Assembly (NCBI RefSeq): GCF_001194135.2
Contig: NC_069005.1
Coordinates: 14,771,909 to 14,834,530 of the forward strand
Direction: 5' to 3'
Length of the DNA stretch: 62,622 nt
DNA from: Octopus bimaculoides
Lineage: Eukaryota
This document shows, in pieces, positions 62,578-62,622 of the stretch (the first letter of the stretch is position 1; each line of letters opens with the position of its first letter). The translations under genes were made by a program, and so were the position numbers. The notes under the pieces are model-generated. The model ran no database searches and had not been told where the DNA came from. It worked only from the letters and a program-made list of their open reading frames with translations.

Positions 62578-62622
<45 letters not shown>
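62578..62622. repeat. (CA)n microsatellite
   Basis: Directly visible at the window end. Confidence 0.98.

Overview
AT-rich, repeat-dense eukaryotic genomic DNA with four N-gaps. The SINE and LINE families resemble those I know from coleoid cephalopods, so this is most likely Octopus; that is an inference from repeat recognition, not a database hit. I found no intact protein-coding gene, rRNA, true tRNA gene or CRISPR array. Nearly all listed ORFs are translations of microsatellites or decayed transposons. Recognisable content: at least three tRNA-derived SINE families; many 5'-truncated RTE-clade LINEs, one with an apparent twin-priming inversion; an R4/Dong-like REL-endonuclease retrotransposon end in (AAT)n; a Merlin/IS1595-type transposase remnant; two mariner MITEs; a cluster of TTAA piggyBac-type MITEs; and a Helentron-like non-autonomous element. 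The most interesting non-repeat signal is a ~5 kb repeat-free, CpG-retaining block (22.6-27.9 kb) that looks like a bidirectional promoter, with CCAAT/GC boxes, three CACGTG E-boxes and splice signals on both strands. Also notable are isolated strong splice-site pairs downstream (48.8 and 61.3 kb) and several hairpins (26.3, 29.4, 40.9 and 60.0 kb), two with pre-miRNA-like geometry. All gene and miRNA calls are candidates. Repeat boundaries are approximate unless a TSD or TIR is quoted.
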